DNA of 64,000 nt from Microcoleus sp. GTDB lineage: Bacteria > Cyanobacteriota > Cyanobacteriia > Cyanobacteriales > Microcoleaceae. Location of the stretch: positions 416,001 to 480,000 of the forward strand of contig CP181291.1 in the NCBI GenBank assembly GCA_052279835.1, given 5' to 3'. The notes under the pieces were generated by a model. The model saw nothing but the letters and a program-made list of their open reading frames with translations. It searched no databases and was not told the origin of the DNA. Positions 30,903 to 42,377 of the stretch are shown piece by piece (position 1 is the stretch's first letter; the number at the start of each line of letters is the position of its first letter). The translations under genes were made by a program, and so were the position numbers.

Positions 30903-32987
30903 ATGAAAGATCTCACTCGTTATCGAAATATCGGCATCTTCGCCCACGTAGATGCAGGCAAGACCACTACAACTGAAAGAATCCTCAAGCTGACGGGTAA
31001 AATCCATAAGATTGGTGAAGTGCACGAAGGCGCGGCGACGACGGACTTCATGGAACAGGAGCAAGAGCGCGGAATTACAATTCAATCTGCTGCAACTACT
31101 TGTTTCTGGAATGAACACCAACTGAATATCATCGATACCCCTGGACACGTAGATTTCACCATTGAAGTTTACCGTTCTCTGAAGGTACTCGATGGTGGCA
31201 TTGGTGTGTTTTGTGGTTCCGGTGGAGTTGAACCTCAATCGGAAACCAACTGGCGCTATGCCAACGATTCCAAAGTCGCTCGTGTCATCTACATCAATAA
31301 GCTCGATCGCACCGGTGCAGATTTTTACCGCGTTGTCAAGCAAGTTGACAAAATTCTTGCAGCCAAGCCCATGGTCATGGTATTGCCCATCGGCATAGAA
31401 GAAAAATTCTGTGGCGTAGTCGATCTGCTGACCCGCAAAGCCTGGATCTGGGATGACTCCGGCGATCCCATGAACTATCAAATTAAAGATGTTCCCGCCG
31501 ATATGGTCGATGATGTCGAAACTTGGCGCGAACAGTTGATCGAACTGGCCGTCGAGCAAGACGACGCTCTGATGGAACAATATCTCGAAGGCAATGAGCC
31601 AAGTATTGAAGACCTCAAACGCTGCATTCGCAAAGGTACTCGCGATCGCGCCTTTTTCCCAACCTACTGCGGCTCATCCTTCAAAAACAAAGGTGTACAG
31701 TTAGTTCTCGATGCCGTCGTTGACTTTCTGCCAAACCCCATGGAAGTCACACCGCAACCAGAAGTCGATCTCGATGGGAATGAAACGGGCGAATTTGCCA
31801 TTGTCGATCCCAGCAGACCATTGCGCGCCCTAGCATTCAAGATCATGGACGATCGCTACGGTGCCCTAACCTTCACCCGCCTGTACTCAGGAACCCTGTC
31901 CAAGGGCGACACCATACTCAACACCGCCACAGGCAAAACCGAGCGCGTCAGCCGTTTGGTGGAAATGCACGCCAACTCTCGCGAAGAAATTGACTCTGCC
32001 CAAGCAGGTGATATTGTGGCGATCGTCGGCATGAAAAACGTCCGCACCGGACACACCATCTGCGACCCCAAAAATCCCGCCACCCTAGAACCCATGGTGT
32101 TCCCAGAACCCGTGATTTCCATTTCGGTCAAACCGAAACAAAAAGGCGGCGAAGAAAAAATGGGAGCAGCCCTCACCAAAATGGTGCAAGAAGACCCATC
32201 CTTCCACATGGTCACAGATCAAGAGAGCGGCGAAACCATTCTCAAAGGCATGGGAGAACTCCACCTCGACATCAAAGTAGACATTCTCAAGCGCACCCAC
32301 GGCATCGAAGTAGAAGTTGGCGAACCCCAAGTAGCCTACCGCGAGTCGATTACCAAGCGCCTAGAAGACGACTACACCCACAAAAAGCAATCCGGTGGTT
32401 CTGGTCAATTCGCCAAAATCGGCTACGTCATCGAGCCCGGTGAGCCTGGAAGTGGCTTCCAGTTTGAGTCAAAAGTGACCGGTGGTAGTGTACCGAGAGA
32501 ATATTGGCCAGCGGTCGAAAAAGGCTTTGAAAGCTGCATTGACAAAGGTGTCTTGGCTGGATTCCCTTGCTTAGACTTGAAATTCACCCTCCTAGAAGGT
32601 GGTTTCCACCCCGTTGACTCCTCAGCCATGGCCTTTGAAATTGCAGCCAAAGCAGCCTATCGACAATCCCTCCCCAAAGCAGGGCCTCAATTGCTCGAAC
32701 CAATTATGAACGTCGATGTATTCACCCCAGATGACTACATGGGCGACGTCATCGGCGACCTCAACCGCCGCCGGGGGATGATGAAATCTCAAGAAACAGG
32801 ACAGACAGGAGCACGGATCAAGGCAGACGTGCCCTTGAGCGAAATGTTTGGCTACATCAGCGACTTGCGTACCATGACTTCTGGGCGCGGACAATTCTCC
32901 ATGTCCTTCTCTCACTATGCTCCTTGTCCCAGCAACATCGCTGAAGAAGTGATCAAGCAAGCCAAAGAGCGTCAAGCTGCCAAGTAG
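30903..32987 (+). CDS. fusA: Elongation factor G (stand-alone paralog)
   Basis: [36 protein letters not shown]; 694 aa. Confidence 0.95.
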   Translation: MKDLTRYRNIGIFAHVDAGKTTTTERILKLTGKIHKIGEVHEGAATTDFMEQEQERGITIQSAATTCFWNEHQLNIIDTPGHVDFTIEVYRSLKVLDGGIGVFCGSGGVEPQSETNWRYANDSKVARVIYINKLDRTGADFYRVVKQVDKILAAKPMVMVLPIGIEEKFCGVVDLLTRKAWIWDDSGDPMNYQIKDVPADMVDDVETWREQLIELAVEQDDALMEQYLEGNEPSIEDLKRCIRKGTRDRAFFPTYCGSSFKNKGVQLVLDAVVDFLPNPMEVTPQPEVDLDGNETGEFAIVDPSRPLRALAFKIMDDRYGALTFTRLYSGTLSKGDTILNTATGKTERVSRLVEMHANSREEIDSAQAGDIVAIVGMKNVRTGHTICDPKNPATLEPMVFPEPVISISVKPKQKGGEEKMGAALTKMVQEDPSFHMVTDQESGETILKGMGELHLDIKVDILKRTHGIEVEVGEPQVAYRESITKRLEDDYTHKKQSGGSGQFAKIGYVIEPGEPGSGFQFESKVTGGSVPREYWPAVEKGFESCIDKGVLAGFPCLDLKFTLLEGGFHPVDSSAMAFEIAAKAAYRQSLPKAGPQLLEPIMNVDVFTPDDYMGDVIGDLNRRRGMMKSQETGQTGARIKADVPLSEMFGYISDLRTMTSGRGQFSMSFSHYAPCPSNIAEEVIKQAKERQAAK

Positions 32988-33034
32988 TACATTTGACTCC
33001 TCGTAGCATCTATCTGGAGTCAAAAAGAACATTT

Positions 33035-33074
33035 AAATCCCCAACTTATTGAAAAAGTCGGGGATTTAATTTTT
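33035..33074 (+). terminator. Hairpin after EF-G
   Basis: AAATCCCCAACTT...AAGTCGGGGATTT followed by an AT-rich tract. Confidence 0.5.
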
Positions 33075-33253
33075 GTAAACTATCGGTTAGAATAAGTCAA
33101 AAAAATAGTAGGAATAATATCAAATCCTATCTTCATCGTCCTGTATTAATCTCTCTCTTCTCTTCCTTCGCGTCATGAGCGCCTTCGTGGTTAAATCATT
33201 CCGATACAACCGGAATTGATATTACTGGCTGATTCGACCTATACTGAAACAGG

Positions 33254-33838
33254 TCATGCTTCCCCGACTCCTAAAACTTGTGCTACGGTGAGTTTTAGAT
33301 CGGGAAAAGTCGTCGATGCGATCGCATTGCTTCCTTGAAAAACAGCTTCTTCATACAGTCCATCTACCCATATCAGCACGGTAATTTTTGCTTGACTGGG
33401 GTCAACGATCCAGTATTCAGGAATTCCCCGTGCGGCATATTCCGATCGCTTGTAGCGGTAGTCTCGATCTTCATTCACTTTACCCGGAGAAACCACCTCA
33501 ACCACTAATGCAGGTGGTGGCATATCCTGCGTAATTGTAGCTCGTTTGCCATCGATCGCCGCGAATAATTCTTCTGTTAATATCATCAAATCTGGCAAAC
33601 GAACACGAGTCCGTTGACCCGTTACCACAATCTCCGTATCTTTGCAACAGATCAGATAAAAAGGAACGAGCTTGAGAAATTCTGACAGCAAATAAATGGC
33701 AATTCGGTTATTTCGATTCGTTTCTGGAGGCATTTCAACTAATTCTCCGTCTATGAGTTCATATTTGGTGTCTGTCCCATCGTCATAAACAAGGTATTCT
33801 TCTAGTGTGAGTTTTTTAGTCGCTGTGGTTGTCGTCAT
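33254..33838 (-). CDS. Uma2 family endonuclease
   Basis: [39 protein letters not shown]. Confidence 0.92.
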   Translation of the reverse strand: MTTTTATKKLTLEEYLVYDDGTDTKYELIDGELVEMPPETNRNNRIAIYLLSEFLKLVPFYLICCKDTEIVVTGQRTRVRLPDLMILTEELFAAIDGKRATITQDMPPPALVVEVVSPGKVNEDRDYRYKRSEYAARGIPEYWIVDPSQAKITVLIWVDGLYEEAVFQGSNAIASTTFPDLKLTVAQVLGVGEA

Positions 33839-34114
33839 GGCGATCGCCCTTACCAATCTCTATATTTAAACCTACGTCAATTATACTGTTCAGTCCCACA
33901 TCCTGCCTAATTCATGATTGAATCCAGATTTTTCAATCTTTAATTTGAACAGGACTTGGGTCTTAAGTAACGGAGGAGACGGCAGTGCCGTCTTCTGATT
34001 TCAGGTAATCTTAAGGACGATGCTACCGGATTTGAGATAAGTCCTGTTTATTTTTTCTAATCCTGTGATAATAATTAAAAAGCTACACTAAATTATTACT
34101 TAACGGGAATTTGA

Positions 34115-35701
34115 ATGAACGTTTTGCTTGTCTATCCGCAATTTCCCAAAAGTTTCTGGTCTTTTGAGAAAACGTTAGCTTTACTCAATCGATCGGCAAT
34201 GTTGCCACCTCTAGGTTTAGTCACAGTAGCTGCCATTCTGCCACAAGATTGGCAATTTAAGTTAGTCGATCGCAACGTGCGTCAAGTTACCGAAGCCGAA
34301 TGGGCCTGGACAGACTTAGTGATTCTGTCCGCAATGATTGTCCAAAAAGAAGATTTACTCTTCCAAATTCAGGAAGCCAAGCAGAGAAATAAGCAAGTCG
34401 CCGTAGGTGGCCCCTATCCCACAGCATTACCCGACGAAGCAAAAACGGCTGGTGCAGATTATCTAATTTTAGATGAAGGTGAAATTACCTTACCATTATT
34501 TGTTGAGGCGATCGCCAACGGAGTCACTTCAGGCATCTTCCGAGCAGGTGGCGAAAGACCCGATGTCACCGGCACACCAATCCCCAGATTCGACTTACTA
34601 GAATTTGAAGCCTACGCCGAAATGTCAGTGCAATTCTCACGAGGTTGTCCCTTCCAGTGCGAATTTTGTGACATTATCGTCCTCTACGGTCGCAAACCAC
34701 GAACCAAAAACCCGGAGCAGATAATCGCAGAACTCGATCGCCTATATGAACTCGGTTGGCGGCGTAGCATTTTCATGGTTGATGACAACTTCATCGGCAA
34801 CAAACGCAACGTCAAACTATTCCTAAAAGAACTTCTACCCTGGATGGTAGAACATCAATATCCATTTTCCTTTGCCACAGAAGCTTCCGTAGATTTAGCC
34901 AACGACCAAGAATTGATGGATGCCATGGTCGCCTGTAACTTTGGTTCTGTCTTTTTAGGCATTGAAACACCAGATGAAGAAAGCCTAGCCCTGACTCAAA
35001 AATACCAAAATACCAGGAGTTCTCTCAGCGAAGCCGTGGAGAGAATCACTCGCACAGGTATACGAGTAATGGCAGGATTCATCATTGGATTTGATGGAGA
35101 AAAGCCAGGAGCAGGTGCACGAATTGTCCAGTTTGTAGAGCAAACATCAATTCCCACAGCTCTGTTTAGTATGCTGCAAGCCCTTCCTGATACAGCACTC
35201 TGGCATCGGTTAGCAAAGGAAGGAAGATTACGCAAAGAATCCGCTAATATCAATCAGACAACTTTAATGAACTTTGTGCCGACAAGACCCCTCGAAGACA
35301 TTGCTCAGGAGTATATTGAAGCATTCTGGGAATTATACGATCCAAAGCGTTTTCTCGATCGCACTTACCGCCACTATCGCCTTTTAGGAGAAGCAACCTA
35401 TCCCAAAAAAGGCAAAGGTAGTAGCAAAAAAGTTAACTGGGTCACAATCCGGGCGCTACTGACAATTTGCTGGCGACAAGGCGTACTGCGCAGCACACGC
35501 TGGCAATTTTGGAGCCATTTGTTCAGTATGTACTACCATAACCCCGGTGGTGTCAGCAGCTATCTCTCCGTTTGCGCCCAAATCGAGCATTTCTTCGAGT
35601 ATCGCCAGATTGTCCGCGATGAAATTGAAGCACAAGTGGCTGAGTTTCTAGCAGCTAAAGTTGAACCAATTAACTCAGAGGAAAAAATGGCAGTGATGTG
35701 A
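34115..35701 (+). CDS. B12-binding radical SAM protein (HpnP/DUF4070-like)
   Basis: PPLGL.TVAA.LP, GGPY, RGCPFQCEFC (CxxxCxxC), VDDNFIGN, FIIGFD. Confidence 0.92.
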   Translation: MNVLLVYPQFPKSFWSFEKTLALLNRSAMLPPLGLVTVAAILPQDWQFKLVDRNVRQVTEAEWAWTDLVILSAMIVQKEDLLFQIQEAKQRNKQVAVGGPYPTALPDEAKTAGADYLILDEGEITLPLFVEAIANGVTSGIFRAGGERPDVTGTPIPRFDLLEFEAYAEMSVQFSRGCPFQCEFCDIIVLYGRKPRTKNPEQIIAELDRLYELGWRRSIFMVDDNFIGNKRNVKLFLKELLPWMVEHQYPFSFATEASVDLANDQELMDAMVACNFGSVFLGIETPDEESLALTQKYQNTRSSLSEAVERITRTGIRVMAGFIIGFDGEKPGAGARIVQFVEQTSIPTALFSMLQALPDTALWHRLAKEGRLRKESANINQTTLMNFVPTRPLEDIAQEYIEAFWELYDPKRFLDRTYRHYRLLGEATYPKKGKGSSKKVNWVTIRALLTICWRQGVLRSTRWQFWSHLFSMYYHNPGGVSSYLSVCAQIEHFFEYRQIVRDEIEAQVAEFLAAKVEPINSEEKMAVM

Positions 35702-35777
35702 ACAATTAGACTAGGGAGCGCTTACACCCATAAGTTATAGCGCCCTACGCAAAGAATTCACGTCGATTTGGGTGCTA

Positions 35778-35806
35778 GTCAGAGCCAAAGCTCTGGCTTT
35801 TTTTTT
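35778..35806 (+). terminator. Intrinsic terminator
   Basis: GTCAGAGCCAAAGCTCTGGC followed by a T run. Confidence 0.65.
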
Positions 35807-36048
35807 GACATCAAGTTATTGGATGTTTACTTAAGTAAGTGTCACCAAAAAAATACACTAACCTCTGATAAAATACACTTACAAATAAACACTTACACCA
35901 TCACTCAAAATTATGACTAACCATCCCAGCAAAAATTGTGATATGATACATTTAATTTTTACTGTCAAAATTTTTGTTTCAATAAATAATTGCTCGATTG
36001 CGATCGATTATTAACAATAAGCGATCGGTATAATTGGAGGCACTTCAA

Positions 36049-36600
36049 ATGTATGGTTTAGTTAATCGCGCGATTCAAGACATGGTATGCGATCTGTTTG
36101 ATGAAGCTACTTGGGAAAAAATCAAACAGAAAGCGGAAGTTATAGAGCAGCAATTTCTGATTTTAGAAGCTTATCCCGATGATTTGACTCATCGTCTAGT
36201 TAAATCTGCTAGCCAAGAGCTTGGCTTATCTAGTGCAGAAGTTATGCAAGCTTTTGGTGAATATTGGGTTAAATTTACGGCTACTGCGGGTTATCAAGAA
36301 ATACTAGATATGGCGGGAGATACATTACCGGAATTTCTCGAAAATCTCGATGATTTACATACTCGGATTGGGGTGCAATTCCCTAAGTTGCAACCACCAT
36401 CTTTTGAATGTACAGAAGTTTCCGAAAATGTGATAGACCTGCATTATCAGTCTACACGGGAAGGTCTGGCACCCATGGTAGTCGGGTTAGTCAAGGGTTT
36501 GGGCGATCGCTTCCACACAGCAGTTGATATCACCCAAACTGAATCCCGTGAAGCAGGATGCGAACGTGACACATTTCGGATTGAATACAGAGCCGAATAG
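36049..36600 (+). CDS. H-NOX (heme NO-binding) protein
   Basis: MYGLVN.AI.D.V, FG.YW, LDDLH (proximal His), L.PPSF.C, HYQSTR (YxSxR). Confidence 0.93.
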   Translation: MYGLVNRAIQDMVCDLFDEATWEKIKQKAEVIEQQFLILEAYPDDLTHRLVKSASQELGLSSAEVMQAFGEYWVKFTATAGYQEILDMAGDTLPEFLENLDDLHTRIGVQFPKLQPPSFECTEVSENVIDLHYQSTREGLAPMVVGLVKGLGDRFHTAVDITQTESREAGCERDTFRIEYRAE

Positions 36601-36614
36601 ACTGCAAAATATTC

Positions 36615-38015
36615 ATGAATAAGCCACTGTATACACTGAATCCCCAGACTTTTTGTGAGCTATTTCCCTTTCATCTAGGATTTAATCACAATCTGGAAAT
36701 TGTCCAGGTTGGCGAGGTATTACAACGGACTCATCAAATCACATTATTAGGTGAAAAAATAGATCGGCATTTTCAAATTCATCAGCCAGCGATCGCCTTT
36801 GACATTTTAAATATTCAGAAAAAAATCAAATCATTATTTATTCTAGAATCGAAGCATAACTCTCTAAGATTAAAGGGGCAAATGGTCGCTCTGAATGAGG
36901 AACAGGTGATCCTGTTTATTTGCTCTGTGTGGAATCCAGACTCAAGCCTGCTATCCAAATTAGCTGTCAAGTTGAAAGACTTTGCAATTCACGATCTGAC
37001 TCCCGATTTTTTATTTTTGCAAAAAACTAGCCAAACGGCTATTCGGGAAGTTCAAAGCTTGACGGAAGAATTAACTCAGCAGAAAATTCAGATTCAAGCA
37101 TCACTAGAAGTGCAGAAAGAACTGACATCTTTATCCCAAAATCAAGCACAACATTTAAAACAGGCTTTGAGTAATATTAAGGAAACACAATCACAGCTAA
37201 TTCAAGCAGAGAAAATGTCAAGCTTAGGTATGTTAGTCGCCGGAATAGCCCATGAGATAAATAATCCGGTAACTTTTATTCATGGTAATTTGAGATATCT
37301 GCAAGAATACGTAGAAAGTCTGCTCAAATTATTACAGCTTTATCAAAAATACTATCCGCAACCCCCATCAGAAATCGCAACAGAAGCGGATATAATTGAT
37401 CTGGTTTTTTTAGAAACTGACCTTCCCAAATTACTAAATTCTATCAAAATTGGCACGGAACGCATCTGCAAAATTGTAGATTCTCTCAAAAATTTTTCCC
37501 GCCATGATGAAGCGAAAAAGAAAGCTGTAGATATTCATTCTGGCATTGATAGCACTTTGTTGATTTTACAGCATCGGCTGAAAGCTTATGGTAAAAATGC
37601 CGAGATTCAAGTGATTAAACAATATGGTGAATTACCCTTAATCAATTGCTACGCTTCGTCAATTAATCAGGTATTTATGAATATTATCAGTAATAGCATA
37701 GATGCTTTGCGAGATGCAGAGGAAAACTGTGCTGACTGGAATCAAGAACCTACCATTGTGATTCGGACTTTAGTCAATGATATTCAGAATTTGGTAGTGA
37801 GGATTGCTGACAATGGTATGGGTATGGAACAATCGGCGATGGATAAAATATTTGACCCATTTTTTACAACGAAGCCCGTGGGAAAGGGTACGGGTTTGGG
37901 ATTGTCAATTAGCTATGGGATTGTGGTGGAAAAACACGGGGGTAAGTTAAGCTGTATTTCTGCACCGGGAGAGGGGGCAGAATTTGCGATCGAAATTCCG
38001 CTGTTAAATTCCTAA
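36615..38015 (+). CDS. HNOB-associated domain sensor histidine kinase
   Basis: F.ELFPFH..F, LKGQM, DFAIHD; EKMSSLG.LVAGIAHEINNP, QVFMN, FDPFFTTKPVGKGTGLGL. Confidence 0.92.
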   Translation: MNKPLYTLNPQTFCELFPFHLGFNHNLEIVQVGEVLQRTHQITLLGEKIDRHFQIHQPAIAFDILNIQKKIKSLFILESKHNSLRLKGQMVALNEEQVILFICSVWNPDSSLLSKLAVKLKDFAIHDLTPDFLFLQKTSQTAIREVQSLTEELTQQKIQIQASLEVQKELTSLSQNQAQHLKQALSNIKETQSQLIQAEKMSSLGMLVAGIAHEINNPVTFIHGNLRYLQEYVESLLKLLQLYQKYYPQPPSEIATEADIIDLVFLETDLPKLLNSIKIGTERICKIVDSLKNFSRHDEAKKKAVDIHSGIDSTLLILQHRLKAYGKNAEIQVIKQYGELPLINCYASSINQVFMNIISNSIDALRDAEENCADWNQEPTIVIRTLVNDIQNLVVRIADNGMGMEQSAMDKIFDPFFTTKPVGKGTGLGLSISYGIVVEKHGGKLSCISAPGEGAEFAIEIPLLNS

Positions 38016-38157
38016 TTCTGGCACTTGTTTATTGCTGTGTGGTTGAGATTAATTGGTTGGATAAAATATAAAAAATGAGGGTAGTGCCACCAGATATACT
38101 TGGATTTAGGCAAAGGTTTCAATCTATGTTATAATTAATCAAAGTTGAGGAATCATT

Positions 38158-38274
38158 ATGTCAAAAGAAAGAAAAAGTAACAAAGAAGTCAAAAAGCCAA
38201 AGAAACAGCCTGATGGTGTTGCTAAGCCGAAAAATGACAACAAAAATTATGGTAGTACAGAAGGCCGCAAGTAG
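38158..38274 (+). CDS. Small Lys-rich protein (38 aa), below the ORF-track cut-off
   Basis: MSKERKSNKEVKKPKKQPDGVAKPKNDNKNYGSTEGRK; GAGGA RBS and TATAAT upstream. Confidence 0.55.
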   Translation: MSKERKSNKEVKKPKKQPDGVAKPKNDNKNYGSTEGRK

Positions 38275-38459
38275 AGATAGCTGCCACTCTCGAACTTGCG
38301 CTTAATGTTGTTCAATTTTCATTGTTGCCATTAGTAACAGAGATCGCGCCACGTTTCCAGGATATTCAGTATCAATTTATGTTTGATCAGACCTAGGTGG
38401 CGATCGCAACAGGGAGCGGCATTTGCGACTGAAATTCCGCTATAGTTAAAATTTAAAGT

Positions 38460-39368
38460 TCAACCAGTAGCAGCAATTGTGATTGTGTCCGTTTCCCAAG
38501 TTGCGACAGCACCCGCAGCAGTTAAACAGAAATAGCCACTGGCAGATTCCGACACTGTGGCTCCGGCTAACTGAGTACCCTCAAAGTTCGCTCCGATTAA
38601 GGTAGCTCCCCTCAAGTCAGCTTCGCTCAAGTCGGCGTAGCACAGCCTGGCCCAATCGAGATTGGCTTGGACCAAAGAAACTCCCGCCAAATTCGCCCTG
38701 GTTAAATTTGCTCCCGTCAACTTGACATTCCGCAACTGAGCTCCCGTGAGATTGGCTGCTTCCAAATTTGAGCCTTCCAAGTTGACACCGTTGAGTTTTG
38801 CTTCGCTGAGATTGACACCATTGAGATCGGTTCCACTCAAATCGATGCCGTTGATGTATGCTTTTTTCAGACAGATGCCCGTGAGTTGGGCTCCAAAGAG
38901 CATCGCACCGCTGAGTTTTGCCCCCCCTAAGTTTGCCCAGTTAAGGTTTGAGCCGGTCAGATTCGCCCCCCGTAGGTTGACGAATTGCAGGTCGCCATTA
39001 CACAAATTGGCATTCCAGAGGATGGCACTCCGCAGGTTGCTACCGATGAGTAGAACGCCACTGAGTCGCGCTCTGGGCAGTTTTGCTTTGACGAGGAAAG
39101 CTCCGCTGAGATTGGCTTTGGTCAAATCGGAGTCCGCTAGTCGGACTTCGCCCATTTTGGCAAAACTGAGATTTGCCCTGTGAAGGTTAGCACCGCTGAG
39201 TTGTGCTTTGGTGAGAACAGCCCTGCTCAGGTTCGCCCCGACAAGATTAGCCTTTGAAAGGTTTACTCCAACTAAGATGGCTCCACTGAGGTTGGCTCCA
39301 CTGAGGTTGGCTCCTGCAAAGTCTCTTTTGCCATTTTCATAGTCTTTGAGCAGCTCGGTTACTTCCAT
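38460..39368 (-). CDS. Pentapeptide repeat protein
   Basis: Y..G.RDF start and continuous A(N/D)LxG repeats. Confidence 0.95.
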   Translation of the reverse strand: MEVTELLKDYENGKRDFAGANLSGANLSGAILVGVNLSKANLVGANLSRAVLTKAQLSGANLHRANLSFAKMGEVRLADSDLTKANLSGAFLVKAKLPRARLSGVLLIGSNLRSAILWNANLCNGDLQFVNLRGANLTGSNLNWANLGGAKLSGAMLFGAQLTGICLKKAYINGIDLSGTDLNGVNLSEAKLNGVNLEGSNLEAANLTGAQLRNVKLTGANLTRANLAGVSLVQANLDWARLCYADLSEADLRGATLIGANFEGTQLAGATVSESASGYFCLTAAGAVATWETDTITIAATG

Positions 39369-39709
39369 AGAAGTCTCATCTCGAAATATGAACTATTGCT
39401 AAAAATTTTATATCTAAATTTTATACCTAATCGAGTTATGGCGATCGCACTTGGCACAATTCTGAAAATTAACTTGATATTTCTCAATATATATTGTTTT
39501 TTGTTATCTTTTATTAAGAATTTAGTAACAATTTTGTGGGCAAACTACCCAAAATTTAGTGAGATAAGTAAGTCCACTTAATTAAACGTAAGATACAGGT
39601 GGCTAAAAAGCTTGCTGTATGAGCCTTCTTCACATCAATCTTCCCCCCTTGGGGGGGGCAGGGGGGGGTGACTTCTTCCTTCTTCCTTCTACTTAGTAGC
39701 CCACATCGC

Positions 39710-40387
39710 TCACAGGGAAATCTGTGTCACCGCAATATTGCCACCAAAACAGACATCCACATCAGTACCCGGTGCCCGATCGCGCTTGCTGTATTCACCC
39801 ACATAATTAAAGTATTCTCCCTCCTGGCGATATACCAGCGGCAAAGGCTCAGTAGAAGGGCGACAAAACACAATTTCCGGTTCCGCACTTCCGGGTGCTA
39901 AATGTGGGAAATTCACATTCCAGAAACAACCAGATTTGGGTTCGCGATTGAGCAAATCCGCCAACACCCGCGATGTCCAACGAGTAGCCACTTCCCAGTC
40001 TATCTCCCAAGGTCTTTTAATCCAGTGGGAAATCGCCACACCAGGAATCCCGTGCATCGCCGCTTCCCGCACAGCGGCAACGGTACCAGAAAGGTAGACA
40101 TCAACGCCCAAATTACCGCCTGCATTAATACCGGAAAGTACCAAATCGGGTTTTGGACACAGGTGATTGAGGGCGAGGCGAACGCAGTCTGCCGGTGTTC
40201 CCCCTACAGCATACTCGACGGACGATCGGCGATCGACATGAATCGGACTGTGAGCAGTCACCTGGTGTCCACAGCCAGACAATTGCCCTTGAGGAGCCAC
40301 CACAATCGCCTTGCCGTTTACCGCCTGCAAAAGAGCCTGAATGCCTGGAGCATCTATGCCGTCGTCGTTGGTTAAAATTATGGTCAT
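39710..40387 (-). CDS. surE: 5'/3'-nucleotidase SurE
   Basis: LTNDDGI.APGI, GTPADC, SGIN.G.N, SGTVAA.RE. Confidence 0.95.
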   Translation of the reverse strand: MTIILTNDDGIDAPGIQALLQAVNGKAIVVAPQGQLSGCGHQVTAHSPIHVDRRSSVEYAVGGTPADCVRLALNHLCPKPDLVLSGINAGGNLGVDVYLSGTVAAVREAAMHGIPGVAISHWIKRPWEIDWEVATRWTSRVLADLLNREPKSGCFWNVNFPHLAPGSAEPEIVFCRPSTEPLPLVYRQEGEYFNYVGEYSKRDRAPGTDVDVCFGGNIAVTQISL

Positions 40388-40488
40388 TGGTTATTACTTA
40401 TTGGTTATTAGTTATTGGTTATTGGTTATTGGTTATTTGTCTGTATTCCCCCCTTGGGGGGGGGTAGGGGGGGGTTGCCCAATACCCC

Positions 40489-40696
40489 TTGGTGTCAACT
40501 TAAGCTCAAACCTAGTCACAGATGGCTGTTTGACTATTAAGGCCAGATCCCCCCTAGCCGAGAGCCGAGAGGGCGGGCACGGGGGCACCGCCCCTACAGA
40601 AGGGGGGGACAGAGGGGGGGTGGGGATGCGTGGGGGGTCTTGCAGTCGTCTATAAACAAAAGATACAAAGGATTTCAGGCGATTGTTGACACCAAT
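40489..40696. mobile_element. MITE-like element (TTGGTGTCAA...TTGACACCAA) carrying a REP-like unit
   Basis: Same ends as 9296-9488. Confidence 0.65.
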
Positions 40697-40850
40697 GCCC
40701 AATGCCCAATGCGCGATGCCCCATGCCCAATGCCCTGAAAACATATAATCCCAAAATCATCTGAACACATCACCAACTTGTGGTAAAGTTTTGTGTCGAT
40801 CGCCCGATCGCCAAATATTAACACAAGTTCAGTTAAACGCGCTTACAGTA

Positions 40851-42282
40851 ATGTTTTTGCCAATTTTCCCCCTCGCTCAAACAATCGCCGCACCTCCAAC
40901 CCAACAACAACTGCTCATCCAGCCAGAAACTACCCCTACCGGAAAACGAACTAGATTTACCGCCACAGCCCCGCAGCAGTCCACTGAAAACCGTGATGCA
41001 GCGCCAGCAAGTGCGGGTTTTGCCGGGACAACTCGACAACATCCCGGTTTTCAATAGCAACAGCCCCGAAGTCGTGCAAACCGAAGGCATCTTGCTCTCG
41101 ACATTTCCCCAGGAAGCAAAACAAGTACCTTCGGCGCACTTAGACTTTCCCTTCAAAGGCAGATTTGACATCTTTGCTCACCACATAGCCAAGGCCAAAA
41201 ATCGCGAACAAACTCGCACTTTATTTCAAGGAATAATTGTCTACAATCCGAATGACGAGCCTGTCACTTTGAATATATTGCAAGGAGCGACTTATTTAAC
41301 TCGGCCCGATGCTCTGTTTGTCGATTTGCCTTCCTATTTAGACAATCGATTCGGCACTGTGTTTGCTGGGCCTGGGAGCCGCATCACCAGTGATGTGCTG
41401 CGGGGTTACAGACAAGGGATTTTGCCGGCTGCGATCGAAATTCCAGCCAAGCAGAGCCGAATGCTGATGAATTTGCCCATACCTGTGGGGAATGTCACGC
41501 CTGCTTCTAATGGTCGATCGACTTTAATGCGAGTATCGAGCAGCAATTCGGTTTATGTTGCTAGTTTGGCGATGTTTGCTCCCAAAAATTTCGCCGGAGT
41601 CGAACAATATCCGACGTTAGAACAGTGGGAAAATATTTTAAATACCAAGGGTTTAGCAGGGCCGAGGGATTTAGCACCAACGGCGATCGGCTTAAATCCT
41701 GAGCAAAAAATTTATGGTCGGGTTGCGGGAGTAGCGTCTGGTTCCCAGTGGGAAGCTAAAATTACTGATAGTTCAAAAACCGATTATTTAACTATTCCCA
41801 AACCAGGGGAGGAATTTTCCTATGCCTTGAGCACTACGGATACCGGTACTTTTGGCACTGGTCAAATTCAAAGTGCTAAAATGTTAGCTCGTTATCCCGA
41901 TACGGCTTATTTTGCCCACGGTAATTATGGCATTCAATATAACTTAAGTTTTCCGCTTTATAACAAATCTCGCGAGTCTCAATCTGTGAGTATTAAGATG
42001 CAAACACCGATTAAGGCTAATACAGAATCGGGGGGATTGATGTTTTACGACCCTCCTGAAAATCGCATATTTTTCCGAGGTACGGTGCGGGTAATGTTTA
42101 AGGATGATGGGGGGAAGACTTTGACGCGCTACATTCACATCGTGCAGCGCCGGGGACAGCAGGGGGAACCTTTGGTGAATTTGAATATGAAGCCTGGGGA
42201 AAGGCGTTTGGTGCAGGTGGATTTCTTGTATCCGCCGGATGCGACGCCGCCGCAAGTGTTGACGGTGCGATCGAGCAATTAG
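40851..42282 (+). CDS. DUF3370 family protein with an apparent +1 frameshift near 40927-40929
   Basis: VR.LPGQLD.IPVFNSNSPE, F.GRFDIFAHH, AHGNYG..Y, YPPDATPPQVLT. The N-terminus MFLPIFPLAQ lies in another frame. Confidence 0.85.
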
Positions 42283-42377
42283 TGGATTGTGATTGAGTTA
42301 GGGCGATCGGCCAGTAGGTTGAATCTTACTGGCAATAATGATAAAGTTTATACAACTGCCGAATAAGGAGAATAGTT

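Noticed and set aside
30855..31580. 241-aa antisense ORF over EF-G, and other antisense ORFs over clpC, acrB and the acyl ligase
   Set aside because: Shadow frames of conserved genes with no recognisable motifs.
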